Shown here: positions 40,572-51,011 of the stretch, piece after piece
How positions within the stretch are numbered: the stretch's first letter is position 1
Layout: every line of letters begins with the position of its first letter
Virus record (IMG/VR): IMGVR_UViG_3300044811_000054
Span: 12,407 to 76,406 of that record
Length of the DNA: 64,000 nucleotides
From: a virus
Strand: one strand, 5' to 3'
Program-made: the position numbers and the translations under genes
The notes under the pieces: generated by a model
The model's input: the letters and a program-made list of their open reading frames with translations, nothing else
Told to the model about the DNA's origin: nothing
Database searches by the model: none

Positions 40572-40946
40572 TTATTCGCAGGCCACGCCGTCACCGTCGC
40601 GGTCCAGCTTGCGGGAGTAGCCCGGATCGCCGCGGTGGATCGGGGCGGCACCCGCAGCACGCACCGCCGTGCAGTTGGCGTAGAACGCGGATGCAGGTTC
40701 CGGGCCGGCCGTCCTCGTCGCCCTCGGCTTCGGCTTCGGAGTTGCCTTCGGTTTGGGCTTGGGTGTCGCCGTGGTCGGGGCAGTCGTCGGTGTGGCTGAC
40801 GGGACCGCGGAGGGAAGGTCCACCTGCGACGCCGTGACAACAGGCTGCACGACGGGCTCCTCGTAGTCGGCGGCCCGGTTCGGCTTGGAACAGCCGGCCA
40901 GCAGCACAAGAGCGGCAGCGACGAGGGCGACGCGGTGGAGGGGCAT
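40572..40946 (-). CDS. Excalibur calcium-binding domain lipoprotein
   Basis: Lipobox LAGC; Pro/Thr linker; YANCTAVRAAGAAPI.RGDPGY...LDRDGDGVACE. Confidence 0.9.
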   Translation of the reverse strand: MPLHRVALVAAALVLLAGCSKPNRAADYEEPVVQPVVTASQVDLPSAVPSATPTTAPTTATPKPKPKATPKPKPRATRTAGPEPASAFYANCTAVRAAGAAPIHRGDPGYSRKLDRDGDGVACE

Positions 40947-41226
40947 CCGGTCATTGTCCCGTCGCGCACGGTGGGGCACATCGCTCATTCAGTCGGCGCC
41001 GGCAACACGAAGTCGCTCGAGGGGATCCGTGTCACCCGATACCCGACCGCGGCCAGTCCGTCCAGGAACGAGCCGACCCCATGGTGGCTGGAGAACACGC
41101 CGTGCTGCTCGGCCAGCCACCCGTCGAGCACATCCGCGACGTCGCCCGGCATGTCACCGAGCGAGCCTTCCCGCAGTTCGGAGCGGGGCAGGTCGTCCAG
41201 GTCGGGTTCGAAGTCCTCGGGGTTGA

Positions 41227-41691
41227 TCACCTCGGACGCCAATCCTCCTGGTAGCCGAGCTTGTCGGCGTACGGCAGGGCGAGAAATCGAGCCACGCGGT
41301 GGAGCCGCGCAAGGGCTGGCGAGACATCGGTCGGCCGGTATCCGGAGCGTTCCAGTTGATCGCGCTCCTTGCCCACCTCGTCCAGGATCCGCCGCTTGGC
41401 GTCCACCTCGGCCCGCTCGGTGGCTACCTTGGCCAGCACGCGGGCCGGATCCCAACGGATGATGTGATCGCTTTCGCGCGCCCAGGTGTGCTTGACGATG
41501 GGAATTCCCTTGGTGTCCCAGATCTCGGAAGTGCCCTCCGGCCGGACCCATCGAGGTGCAGGCTCGCCGTTGATGACATCGGCCATAGCGTTGACGCCCA
41601 GCACCAGCCGAGCGACCTCGTAGTCCTCGTCCAGCTCCCGCTCGCGGGCGTCCAGTTGGGCGCGCAGGAAAGCGATCAGGTCATCCATCAT
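41227..41691 (-). CDS. DUF6221 family protein
   Basis: DLIAFLRAQLD...HIIRWDPARVLA...AKRRIL...LALPYAD..GYQEDWRP. Confidence 0.8.
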   Translation of the reverse strand: MMDDLIAFLRAQLDARERELDEDYEVARLVLGVNAMADVINGEPAPRWVRPEGTSEIWDTKGIPIVKHTWARESDHIIRWDPARVLAKVATERAEVDAKRRILDEVGKERDQLERSGYRPTDVSPALARLHRVARFLALPYADKLGYQEDWRPR

Positions 41692-43244
41692 CAGTTGATC
41701 TCTCCCTCATGTCGCGGGCACGGGCACACGACGGCGTAGCAATGGTTGTGCAGTGTGTGGCATTGGCACGGCTGGCTGTCGATGCGGTGCCGGGCGATCG
41801 AATGCGGGTAGTCGCGTCCGTGCCGGATAGGGAAGCGACGGATGAGGCCCAGCGACCGGGCGTCGATCACGTTGCATTCGCCGTCGTCTCGTCGTGTGTG
41901 TCGCAGTAGACATCGCCACAATGAGCAGGGTCGCCGCAGGCCACGCACGAGCTGAGACGCCCTCCGCATTTCCTGCAGGTCCAACGGCCATCCCCGGGCA
42001 CGAGCCCGGCAGTCTCCAACGCCACCCCGTACGCCTCCCTGAGCGCGTCGTAGCGCGGATCGGTGGGGTCGGTGGCCCGGACGAGGCTGGCGAGCGCACC
42101 GGCCACGTCAGCGGCCCGCCCGGCGGACTGGTGCTCCACCTGGGCGGCGACGTGCGCCTGGATCTTACGGACCTGTTCCGCCGGCATCGGGTACAGCTGC
42201 CACGGCTCGGGTAGATCGGTCACCGTTCCACCTCCTGCCAGTCCTCGACCACGATCACGGTCCGGCGGTACACCTTCCCGCCGAAACGCTGCTGGTCCGG
42301 ACATCAGGATCGCGTGCTCCGTCAGCGTTTCAGGATTAGTCATCGGATCTCCTTGGCTAACTCAACGCCAGCGCTCATCGGGCGCTGTCCGGCAGTTGGT
42401 GCTCGTGAATCGTTCCGTACGGGACTTCCGGGTCGGGCTCGGCCGAAACGAGCCTGCCGCCGCGACGGACGACTTTGACGCCGTGCTCGCCGCCCGTGAG
42501 TGCACGCTCCAAGGCCTGCTCGATGACGGCGTACTCCCGGCCGACGACGGCCGCAATGAACCTGTCGATCTCACTCATGCCGGTCACCGTGTTGGCCTCT
42601 CCCGGTTGAGCCGTGCCTCGACGACCGGCGGCGGACCGGTCCGCTCGGTGACGGTGAACGCGGACGGGAACGGTTCGTCGGACGCCTCCCCGTCGATGAC
42701 CGCGCCCAGGCCGCACTTCTCTCGCAGCCGCGCGTAGTCGTCAGCCGACAGCAACGGCTCGTACTTCTCCCGCAGTAGCCGCTCGGTCTGGTTGTCGTCG
42801 AACCAGTCTGGGAGTGGAGTGGTCACCGGGCACCCTCGGGTCTTTCGGTCATGACGTCCTCGGCCGGCCAGTTCACTGGGTGCTCGAGAACGTCCCGGTC
42901 CCAGCCCAGAACGGGCACGGCCAGCCACGGGTGGCGGCCGATGCTGTAGGTCACCGGCCCGGCCGCCGTGGTCTCCCACCATGTGTCGTATGCCGTGCGG
43001 CACCAAACTCGCTGTCCCGCCGTTGTCGCGACTTGCTTGGTGGTCACCAGTCCTCCTCTCCGCCAATCACGTTGAGGTTCAGCCCGGCGACCTCGGACTG
43101 CTCGGCGAGGTCGCGGACAGCCCGGGCGAACTTGTGCCACGCCGTCTCATCCAGCGTGTCCTGCTCGCTGTTATGGTTCGACAGGCTCGCTCGTACTGTC
43201 AGGACCTCTTGCGTCCATCCCATCGGATTCTCCTTCGTGGTGGG

Positions 43245-43565
43245 TCATCGTCCGTACGCACACGGTCGGAAGTGGCAGTCGGCCTCGGTGATCCGCAGCA
43301 TCGGCCGGCCCCGCTTGAAGAACGCGACCAGGTGCCCGGTGGTCTCGGCGATCTTCTCCAACTCGTACGGCTTCGGGACGTTGACGCCGCACTCCCAGTG
43401 GACGACCTGCAGCGGTGTGACACCGATCCGGTGGCCCAGGTCGCCACGGCTCATCCCGGCCAGGTGACGGGCCTGCTCCAGCCGTGCGGGCTCGAAGTCG
43501 GCGCAGACCTCGGCTGTGGACGGGGAGGGCGGCAGCGGGGCTCTCAGAGGGCGTAGGCGGGTCAT
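43245..43565 (-). CDS. Xre-family HTH protein
   Basis: RLEQARHLAGMSRGDLG..IGVT...V..WECG...PK. Confidence 0.8.
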   Translation of the reverse strand: MTRLRPLRAPLPPSPSTAEVCADFEPARLEQARHLAGMSRGDLGHRIGVTPLQVVHWECGVNVPKPYELEKIAETTGHLVAFFKRGRPMLRITEADCHFRPCAYGR

Positions 43566-46335
43566 GACGTCTCCGTGCAGGGGCAGAGACTCTCGCCGTT
43601 CGAGTCACGTGGGCACTCCGAACGCTCGCCGCGGATGCAGCCCAGCCGGGAGCAGCACGAGCAGCAGTCGCATCCCTCGTACTCGTAGCGGTTGTAGTCG
43701 TCGGTCGATGACTGCCGGTCAGTCCCCACCTCGGTCAAGGCGAACACCCGGAAGATGACCGGAACGCCCGCCGACTCGGCGTCTCGGTTGTGCCGCTCGG
43801 CCGACCCGATGGCAGCGCCCTTGTCGTCGAAGAGCTGCGTTGTGGTGCCGTCGAGTCCAGGGTCACTTTCCTCGATCACGGCGAACAGGTCGGTAGTCAC
43901 GGCCGTTCCTCCGCCCAGCACATCGACCAGCCCGACAGCAGGGACTCGTCCGGCGCCACCAGCAGCACCCGTCGGCAGTCGGTCGGGGCTCGGTCGCACG
44001 CCTCCAGGTACGACTCGTCCTCGAACCACGTCATGGCGACGTCGCCCTTCTCGCCATCGAAGCCGAGCAGGCGGAGACGTTCGCGTACCTCGGGGTTGCG
44101 CAGGGCCCGGGCGAAGTCGAACGCGAGGCCGCGGCGGTTGGCCTGGCTGAGGTCGTCGGTCATCGGCCCTGCTCCTCGGTGAGGTCTTCGTGTGTGCCAT
44201 CCGCCATCCGTCGGGTCTCGCACGGCCAGCGGTCGCCGCACTCGATGCAGAAGTCGCCCGCCATGCCGCCCTCGGCGGTCTCACGTGCGTGCCAAGAGGC
44301 GATCCGGTCGAGGCGGTCCGCGAGCTGACCGATCAGGATGACGGCTTGCCAGGTGCGGGCGTCGAGGTCGCTGGCGTACACCCGGTCGTCGAGGCGTTGC
44401 GGAATGCCGGCAAGGTCGAGCAGGTGGTGAGCGGTGCGGGCCTGGGTGAACACCTCGCCGAGCCACGCCGAGGGGGTCTCACGGAGTTGCTTCTCGAAGT
44501 CGGCGGCGATGTTCAGCAGCGGGTGTGGCTTCTCGGCGAGGCGAGTCAGTAGCGCGTAGTTGATCTCAGTCTTAATCTCGGCCATCATCGGATCCCCTCG
44601 GTCATCTCGTCGGTCCTGCGCCACGACGGCAGCCACGCGGTCATCGCCCCACGTCCCCGTCGACCAGCCGGGCCACACCGTCCAGGTCGGATGCCTGCTG
44701 CTCCAGCACCGCACGCTGATCGTCCGGGGCGTTCACGGCGTACTCGCGGCGTCCAGCAGCGGCCTGCTCGAGCAGGGTCGTCAGGTTGTGGCGGTAGGCG
44801 GACAGGACCGCACCCACACCCGCGCCGTGGCCGAGGTCGTGGGAACGCATCCAGGCGGTGAGGGAAGCGTGGTCGGAGGTGGGGAGGGTGGTCACCGCGG
44901 AGCCTCCGCCCGGCGGTACAGCATCTCCATGCACGCCCACAGCCCCTCCTCGCCGTCCTCGGCCAGGGAGTCGCGGCAATCTGCCGCGTAGTCGTAGGCG
45001 ACCACCCAGGGCGGTAGGTCGCCATCGGCGGAGAGTTGCGCGAAGGCCGCCTCGAAGCTGAGCGCGCCGGACGGGCCATCCACGGTGTAGACGGGGCGGC
45101 TCTCGCCCGTCTTGGTGCGGGTCAGCGCGCTCACCGCTCATCCTTCGCGCACGGGCAGCCGCTACCGGACCCCGGGCAGTCTGCCCAGCAGTCGACCTTG
45201 GTGCAGCACTGACAGTCCGGGCAGGGTTCGGGCGGTAGGTCATCCCGGGCCTGCTGCTCGTAGCGGGCTTCACCGTCGTCGTCGCGGTCAATCAGGCTCA
45301 CAGGACCTCCTCCATGGAGTTTCCTTCGATTTCGGCCCGGACGCCCTCCCGGAGAACCTTCGCACCTCGGTACTCGTCGAGCCGTCGTTCGATCCCGTCG
45401 AGTCGCCGCTTGATCTCGTCCAGGTAGGCGTCGGAGTCGTCCGACGACGCGCCCGAGCCGCCGTAGTTGCACTCGATGCCATAGGCATCGATCAGCTCAA
45501 TCAGCGTCATGGTGTGCGGATCAGTAGTCATCGCCGGGTCTCGCTCTCAAGAATCTGCGGCGGGGTCAGCCCGCCCCACTGGTCCAGCTCGTAGCCCTCG
45601 GCGGTCAGCTTCGGGCCGTCCGTCAGGTCGTACTCGGCGGACTCCGACCAGCCGCAGTAGCAGCCCCACGGGCCGTGGACGACGCCGACACCGACGTCGG
45701 CTGAGTCGCGCCAGCAGTCACGGCCGCAGCGTGGGCAGGTCATGTTGTCGGTCATCGCAACCTCTCGCCTTCATCCAGAACGATCGAGCCGATCAGGTCG
45801 GCCAACTCAGACGTGATCTCGGTGAACACGTCGCCAGCGCAGGCCACGAACCGGCCCTGCACGGTGTCGATGGTGCACATACCTTCGCCGTCCGGGTCGC
45901 TTACCGCGGTCACGTCGAGGTACCAGGGTTCTTCACACCACTCGATGGTCATGCCGGGGCGCAGATCGCGATGGATCAGGGTGATGTCGTCGCTCACCGC
46001 ACGGCCCGCGCGATCTCGGGCACCTCGGCGCACAAGGCGTGGGCGATCTGCTCGGCGAGGAATTCGGCCTGCGCGAGACGCCCGTCCGCGGTCGTGTTGT
46101 CCTCGATCTCGCGTTGGATGGTGTCGGCGAGCCGCATGTGCAGGCCCGGATCGGCGGCGGTCAAGGCCACTATTGCGGCCCCAACTTCGTCGTGGCGCCG
46201 GTCCACGGTCTTACGCCACCGCGCTGCTTGCTCGTCGTCGCGGTACAGGGCGGTCTCGTACTTGTGGAGGGTGGCGGTGTCCTCGGCGTAGTGCGCGATC
46301 CACCGCATGAGCGTGTCGATGCTGGGTGTGGTCAT

Positions 46336-47420
46336 GACGTTCCCCTCAAGGTCAGCGGAAAATCCAGGTCATCAGGCCGGTGAGCGCGGCACCCGCCGCC
46401 ACGCCGTAGCAGAGCATCGCCCAGCGACCCATCCTCGCGTCGGTGCGCTCGAACGCGGCGTCCTCGGCGGTGACAGCCCGGCCGGCCGTGTAGCCGATCT
46501 GCAGCAGGTGCCGGACCTGGATGTCGTCGATCGGGTCGGTGCGGTGCCGGGACTGGGCGAGGATCGCGTGGGCGACGTCGCGGTCATGGCCGGGGGTGGT
46601 GAAGTAGTCGACGTCGTCGGTGATGGTCATGGGGGTCTCCTTCAAGGTCAGCGCGGGTTGGTGATCAGGCCGTGACTGCTGTGCCGATGGCGATCAGGCA
46701 GCGGGCCACGGCATCCTCAGGCTTCGCGTCGGCCACCGAGACAACTGCCGAGCTGACGGATGTCCCAGCGACCCACGTTCCGTCCGTAGTTCGGTCAGCG
46801 AGATCGGCAACGGGGCCCTACGCATCAGGTAGCCCAGGTCGTAGGCAGGGATCGAGACCACCTCGACGATGCCTCCGCCGACCGTGTCAGTGGTCTCGGA
46901 CAGTTCGCAGTAGTCCTCGGGTTCGCCGTTGCGGGCGTGGCGTGCGTTGCCGCGGCTGTAGCCGGACACGACGAAAGCCCGGCGGACGCCGATGTTCCAC
47001 TTCAGGTGGGTGCCGTCCCAGCCGGTCGCCTCGTGCAGTTCGCGGCAGACGTCGGGGGTGGCGGTGTGGCAATTGTTCAGGAACGAACCGAACATGTGGG
47101 GCTCCTTCGGGGTCAAGCGGGGTTGGTGATCAGCTGGCAGCGATCGTCTCGGTGAGCTTGGTGAAGTCGCCCCGACCGACGTAGCGGCCCCCCTTCAGCC
47201 CGCCGCCGACGTAGCCATGGAAGTCGTTCCTGCTTGTCTCGACCCGGCCGATCACCTCTCCGGCGCGGAGCACGTAGGCGGTGGGTAGCCCTACAACCTC
47301 AGTAATGAGGAGGGTGCAGCCGGGCGGGGTGGTGTCGTCGACGCCCTGCCAGTGGATGGGCAAGCCGTTCAGGATGGTCGGGATGCTGGTGGTCATCGGT
47401 GGTCCTTTCAAGGTCAGGGC
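46336..47420 (-). repeat. Start-associated repeat before four consecutive genes
   Basis: CTGACCTTGA at 46355-46346, 46651-46642, 47417-47408 and variant near 47116; two copies share TGATCACCAACCC. Confidence 0.75.
46665..47095 (-). pseudogene. Hypothetical gene with apparent 1-nt deletion near 46788
   Basis: Alternative frame DGTWVAG...KPEDAVARCLIAIGTAVTA* ends at the conserved intergenic repeat. Confidence 0.5.
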
Positions 47421-47953
47421 GTATCGAGGTCGCTGCCGTCTGCGATTCGGTTCAGCGCATGGTTCATCTGGTTCCACTCGATCGACTTCGCGGTCAGCCG
47501 GACCCGCAGTTGTGTCACTTCGAAGTCGCGTTGCAGCCACTCGCACACGGCGGCGAGATCGTCGTTGCACGCCCAGGAGGTAGCCATGTCACCGATGCGA
47601 GAGATTGTCCAGATCGGGTCGGCGTTGCAGGCGCGACAGGCGTTGGACAGGCCCGCACCGCCTTGGCGGTCGATGTGGCTCATCGGTGCACCTTCACAAA
47701 GATGGTGCGCCTGCCGAAGCAGAGTCCGATTTCCCACCTTGAGCCGTCGCGCTCGATGTGGACCGGGGTGACATGGATCTGCCAGAAGCGCATCGGGAAT
47801 CCCCGGTGCTTCACGTGGTTGCGAGAGCCGAGCGGCTGGACGTGGCCGGTATAGAGCGCGGCCCAGTGCCAGGGCTTCTCGCCGCGCCACAGGGCGCGTA
47901 GGTGTTTGGTGCTGTCGGCGGTCGTGCTCACGTGGATCTCCTTCTTCCCTACG

Positions 47954-48100
47954 GGGTGTCAGAACTTCTGACACCCGATCTGACATGCGCTCTGGAGACT
48001 GATTTCGAATAGAAGAGTCAGTTAAGTCAGAAAGACTGACTCTGAGTGACTGCGAGCTACATTCCGTCACCGTTTCTGACTGATCTGACATCTGACAGGG
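47954..48100. repeat. CTGAC/GTCAG repeat cluster, probable origin of replication 2
   Basis: About ten CTGAC-type motifs; perfect 11-bp inverted repeat 47954-47976; AGAGTCAGT/ACTGACTCT; AT-richer; right after the AAA helicase gene. Confidence 0.7.
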
Positions 48101-48117
48101 CTGGGCAGGGTGTCGGA

Positions 48118-49686
48118 TCACGACTGCACCGGGCTCAACTTGGCGGACTGGTAGTAGCCCCGCATCGGCTTGGACGCCTCGCCTGCCTTGACCATCCGTT
48201 TCAACGTCTGGTCGATGTTCGCGCGGGTCACGTCCAAGTCTTCGAGCTCGGCCACGATGTCCGCAGCGGAGACGCAGCCCTTCTGGCCGTCGAGGTAGTC
48301 CTTGATGTCCTTGCGCAGCCGGCCGTGGGACTTGTCCGCTGCCGCCTCGGCCAGCACGTCACCGGCCTTACGCTCATCCTCGCCACCCCACACGACCCGC
48401 GACGTGGTGATGAAGGCTTCGTCACCGTCGTCGACCTCACTCGGATCTAGATCAAGGCGCACCGAGGACAGCCGGTAGGTCAGCGAGTTCTGCTTGGGTC
48501 CGACGTTGCACTTCTCGTGGGTGAGCAGGAACTGGCCGTCTTCGCCCGGATCGGCGATGCAGTACAGCACCGAGCGGGGCAGGCTCGTGAACGCCTTCGA
48601 ACCCATCACGCTGTTCAGCGCGTCCGTGGTAGTCGACTTGTTCACGTGGATCAGACCGAGCGCAGCCATCATCGTGCGCTCGCACATCTTGGTCAGCGGC
48701 TCAAGACCTTGCTGCACCTGCTGCTGGACGTGAGTGTCGATCTTCCCGTCAATGACCGCCATGATGGGGTCGATCAGCATGAGCGCCGGCTGTGACTGCT
48801 GGATGGCCTTCTCGATCGCCCGGATGTCACCGGGGGCGGTGATGGCCCGGAAGCCGCCGGTCTCGTCCTGGACCGCGATGTGGAAGACCCGGCTCAGGTC
48901 GGCCCCTACCGCCCTCAACCTCGGGATGATCGTGTGTTCCCACGAGTCCTCGGTGGCGCACAGGATCACGTTCTGGGGCTTGCCGTAGTACCTGCCTTCC
49001 AGGGTGCCCCGAGTGATATGGGCGGCGATGTCGAGGGAGACGGTCGACTTCCCGATGCCCTCGCGACCAGCCAGGATTGTCATCATCCCGGCGGGGATGC
49101 GGCCTTTCTGCAGCCACTTCGTGCCCTTCATGGTGAACGAGTTCGCCGATGTCAACCGGACCGCTGGCCCATTGTCAGTGACGTCTCCAGCACCTGCCGC
49201 GCCCTCTTCGAAGACCCGGCGGACGGTGTCCATGTTCCGTGACTTCAAGGCCTGCTGCGCACGCTCAACCGTCTTGTGGGCGTTCCGCAGTTCGGCCGCT
49301 TCCTTGATCCGGGAGGCGTACCAGCTGTAGTCGCCGACGGCCAGGGCCGCCTTCTGTTGGCAGCTGGTGAGGTAACTGGCGGGGTCCATGACTGCGGTGA
49401 CCTGCCGCACGCCCATGAGGTCGCGGAGCGTGGCGAGCTGATCGATCCGCTTGTCGGCGTGCGCCATCAGGGTGGCGTAGATGTGCTCGTGGGGAACCGT
49501 CAGGAACTCCTCGGGGCGGAGCCGGTCGAGCAGGCTTTCGGCATCGTCCGAGAGCAGTAGTTGGCCCAGAGCGATCCGCTCCCAGCCGATGATCGTGTCG
49601 GGATTGTCGATGCCTTCCGCGTCCAGGACGCCGCCAAGCCGCTGGTCAATGGCCTGCTGGTCGGAAACCGCGCGCTTCGACGCCAT
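48118..49686 (-). CDS. RepA-like AAA_25 helicase with DnaB-like N-terminal domain and C-terminal winged helix
   Basis: ERIALGQLL...PEEF..V.HEHIY; WL.KGRIP.G; GREGIGKST; TEDS; LIDP; H.NK; GSKAF. Confidence 0.85.
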   Translation of the reverse strand: MASKRAVSDQQAIDQRLGGVLDAEGIDNPDTIIGWERIALGQLLLSDDAESLLDRLRPEEFLTVPHEHIYATLMAHADKRIDQLATLRDLMGVRQVTAVMDPASYLTSCQQKAALAVGDYSWYASRIKEAAELRNAHKTVERAQQALKSRNMDTVRRVFEEGAAGAGDVTDNGPAVRLTSANSFTMKGTKWLQKGRIPAGMMTILAGREGIGKSTVSLDIAAHITRGTLEGRYYGKPQNVILCATEDSWEHTIIPRLRAVGADLSRVFHIAVQDETGGFRAITAPGDIRAIEKAIQQSQPALMLIDPIMAVIDGKIDTHVQQQVQQGLEPLTKMCERTMMAALGLIHVNKSTTTDALNSVMGSKAFTSLPRSVLYCIADPGEDGQFLLTHEKCNVGPKQNSLTYRLSSVRLDLDPSEVDDGDEAFITTSRVVWGGEDERKAGDVLAEAAADKSHGRLRKDIKDYLDGQKGCVSAADIVAELEDLDVTRANIDQTLKRMVKAGEASKPMRGYYQSAKLSPVQS

Positions 49687-49757
49687 CAGGCGCTCACCGC
49701 ACGAAACGGCAAGATCGCACTGACGTACGAGGCGAAGATGTAGCTACAGTGCTGCAC
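49686..49757 (-). CDS. Putative 23-aa leader peptide coupled to the RepA-like gene
   Basis: GTG 49757 after GGAGAGG; its TGA overlaps the ATG (TGATG). Confidence 0.45.
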   Translation of the reverse strand: MQHCSYIFASYVSAILPFRAVSA

Positions 49758-49832
49758 GCGGAGGTACCTCTCCGTAGGGGCCGGGTTCAGGCGTTGGCGC
49801 GCCTCCGGCCCCGACTAGTTTCGGGGCGTTTT
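49757..49832 (+). ncRNA. Putative counter-transcribed antisense RNA
   Basis: -10-like TACAGT 49745-49750; hairpins CGGAG/CTCCG and GGGGCCGG/CCGGCCCC; terminator GCCCCGA/TCGGGGC followed by TTTT. Confidence 0.5.
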
Positions 49833-50078
49833 CACCCCCGTTGACTTGGGTCCACGCAGTTGGCGCTTGCGCTCGGCGTCCGCCTTGCGGATCTCCTCGC
49901 GTTGCTCCTCAGTCATGGCGTCGCGGCGGATCATCTCTCGGGTGCGTCCGAGTTCGCGGGCCACGTCGACCTGCTGGACATCGCCGCTGGCCAGGTATTT
50001 CCGCAGGATCTCGCGGTAGTGACGCTCGGCTTCGTCGATGGCGTTCCACGCATCGATGATCTCGTTCAGTTTGCTCAC
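49815..50078 (-). CDS. Small HTH regulator
   Basis: VQQVDVARELGRTREMIRR. Confidence 0.75.
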   Translation of the reverse strand: MSKLNEIIDAWNAIDEAERHYREILRKYLASGDVQQVDVARELGRTREMIRRDAMTEEQREEIRKADAERKRQLRGPKSTGVKTPRN

Positions 50079-50097
50079 CTCCCCATGATCTGAGTTG

Positions 50098-50198
50098 TCC
50101 TAGGCCGAGGCAATAATGCCTCGGATCGTCTGCCTACGATCCTATGCCATGGATCCTTGACATGCAAGGTCGGGAGGACTAGTGTCGTTGGCATAGGA
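50098..50198. promoter_or_regulatory. Divergent promoter with TCCTA(G/T)GCC operators
   Basis: Copies at 50098, 50140, inverted at 50190; TTGACA-N17-TAGTGT (50157-50185). Confidence 0.7.
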
Positions 50199-50258
50199 AA
50201 CGCGGCATCGGGAAGCGCGCCAACGCAGACCGGAGCCCCGATCGGGAGGTACCCCGAC

Positions 50259-51011
50259 TTGAACAACTACGACTTGTCCCAGCCCGACGGCTACATCGAG
50301 GCCACCATCGGCAACGTCACCATCCGCCTGCAACGCACCGTCGAAGGCGGCTTCACCCGCCGCGTCTACGCCGGCAGCCACACCTTCGACAACCTGTCCG
50401 CCGGACACACCGACGAACTGCTGGCCCGCGCCGAGTGCACCGCCATCCGCACCCGGCTGCTCGCCGGGGAACGCGCCGTAAACGTCGAGGACGCCTACCG
50501 CCACCAGGGCAACGCGATGTTCGCCGAGATCGCCCAGATCCTCGACGCGGCGATGGCCGAGATCGACGTGGAGCAGGTCAAGGCGGACCTGAACACCGAC
50601 GGCACCGCCTACCTGGCCGCCGAGACCGAGGTCCACAACCAGGTCGTGCAGCTCCGCGACGAGGTGCTGGCCGAGTCCCCCGAGTCCTACGCCCAGTGGC
50701 GGGCAGGAGTCCGCAATCAGGTCGTGCAGGCCGCCCAGCAGGCCACACCCGCCCGGGAGGGCCGCACCGTCCGCAACACCAAGACCCGGGTGTTCCTCAA
50801 GCCCCTCGACCCCGCACAGATCCGCGCCATCCAGCTGCACCGGGACGTGATCGTGCACGCAGGCAACGGGATCTCCTGGCTGACCCTGCGCGCCATCGCC
50901 GACAAGAACTACGGCACCGCGACGTACGTGCCCGGCCGGCAGATCATCCAGTCGGTCACCCTCAACGCGGCGGGCCTTGAGGTCGCCGCGAGCACGGAGG
51001 CAGCGGCATGA
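50259..51011 (+). CDS. Hypothetical protein, first gene of the rightward operon
   Basis: TTG start after GGGAGG; very GC3-rich. Confidence 0.75.
   Translation: MNNYDLSQPDGYIEATIGNVTIRLQRTVEGGFTRRVYAGSHTFDNLSAGHTDELLARAECTAIRTRLLAGERAVNVEDAYRHQGNAMFAEIAQILDAAMAEIDVEQVKADLNTDGTAYLAAETEVHNQVVQLRDEVLAESPESYAQWRAGVRNQVVQAAQQATPAREGRTVRNTKTRVFLKPLDPAQIRAIQLHRDVIVHAGNGISWLTLRAIADKNYGTATYVPGRQIIQSVTLNAAGLEVAASTEAAA

Larger units (their letters stand above)
41691..47931 (-). other. Run of about 20 small hypothetical genes
   Basis: Coupled ORFs with overlapping stops and starts. Confidence 0.7.
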
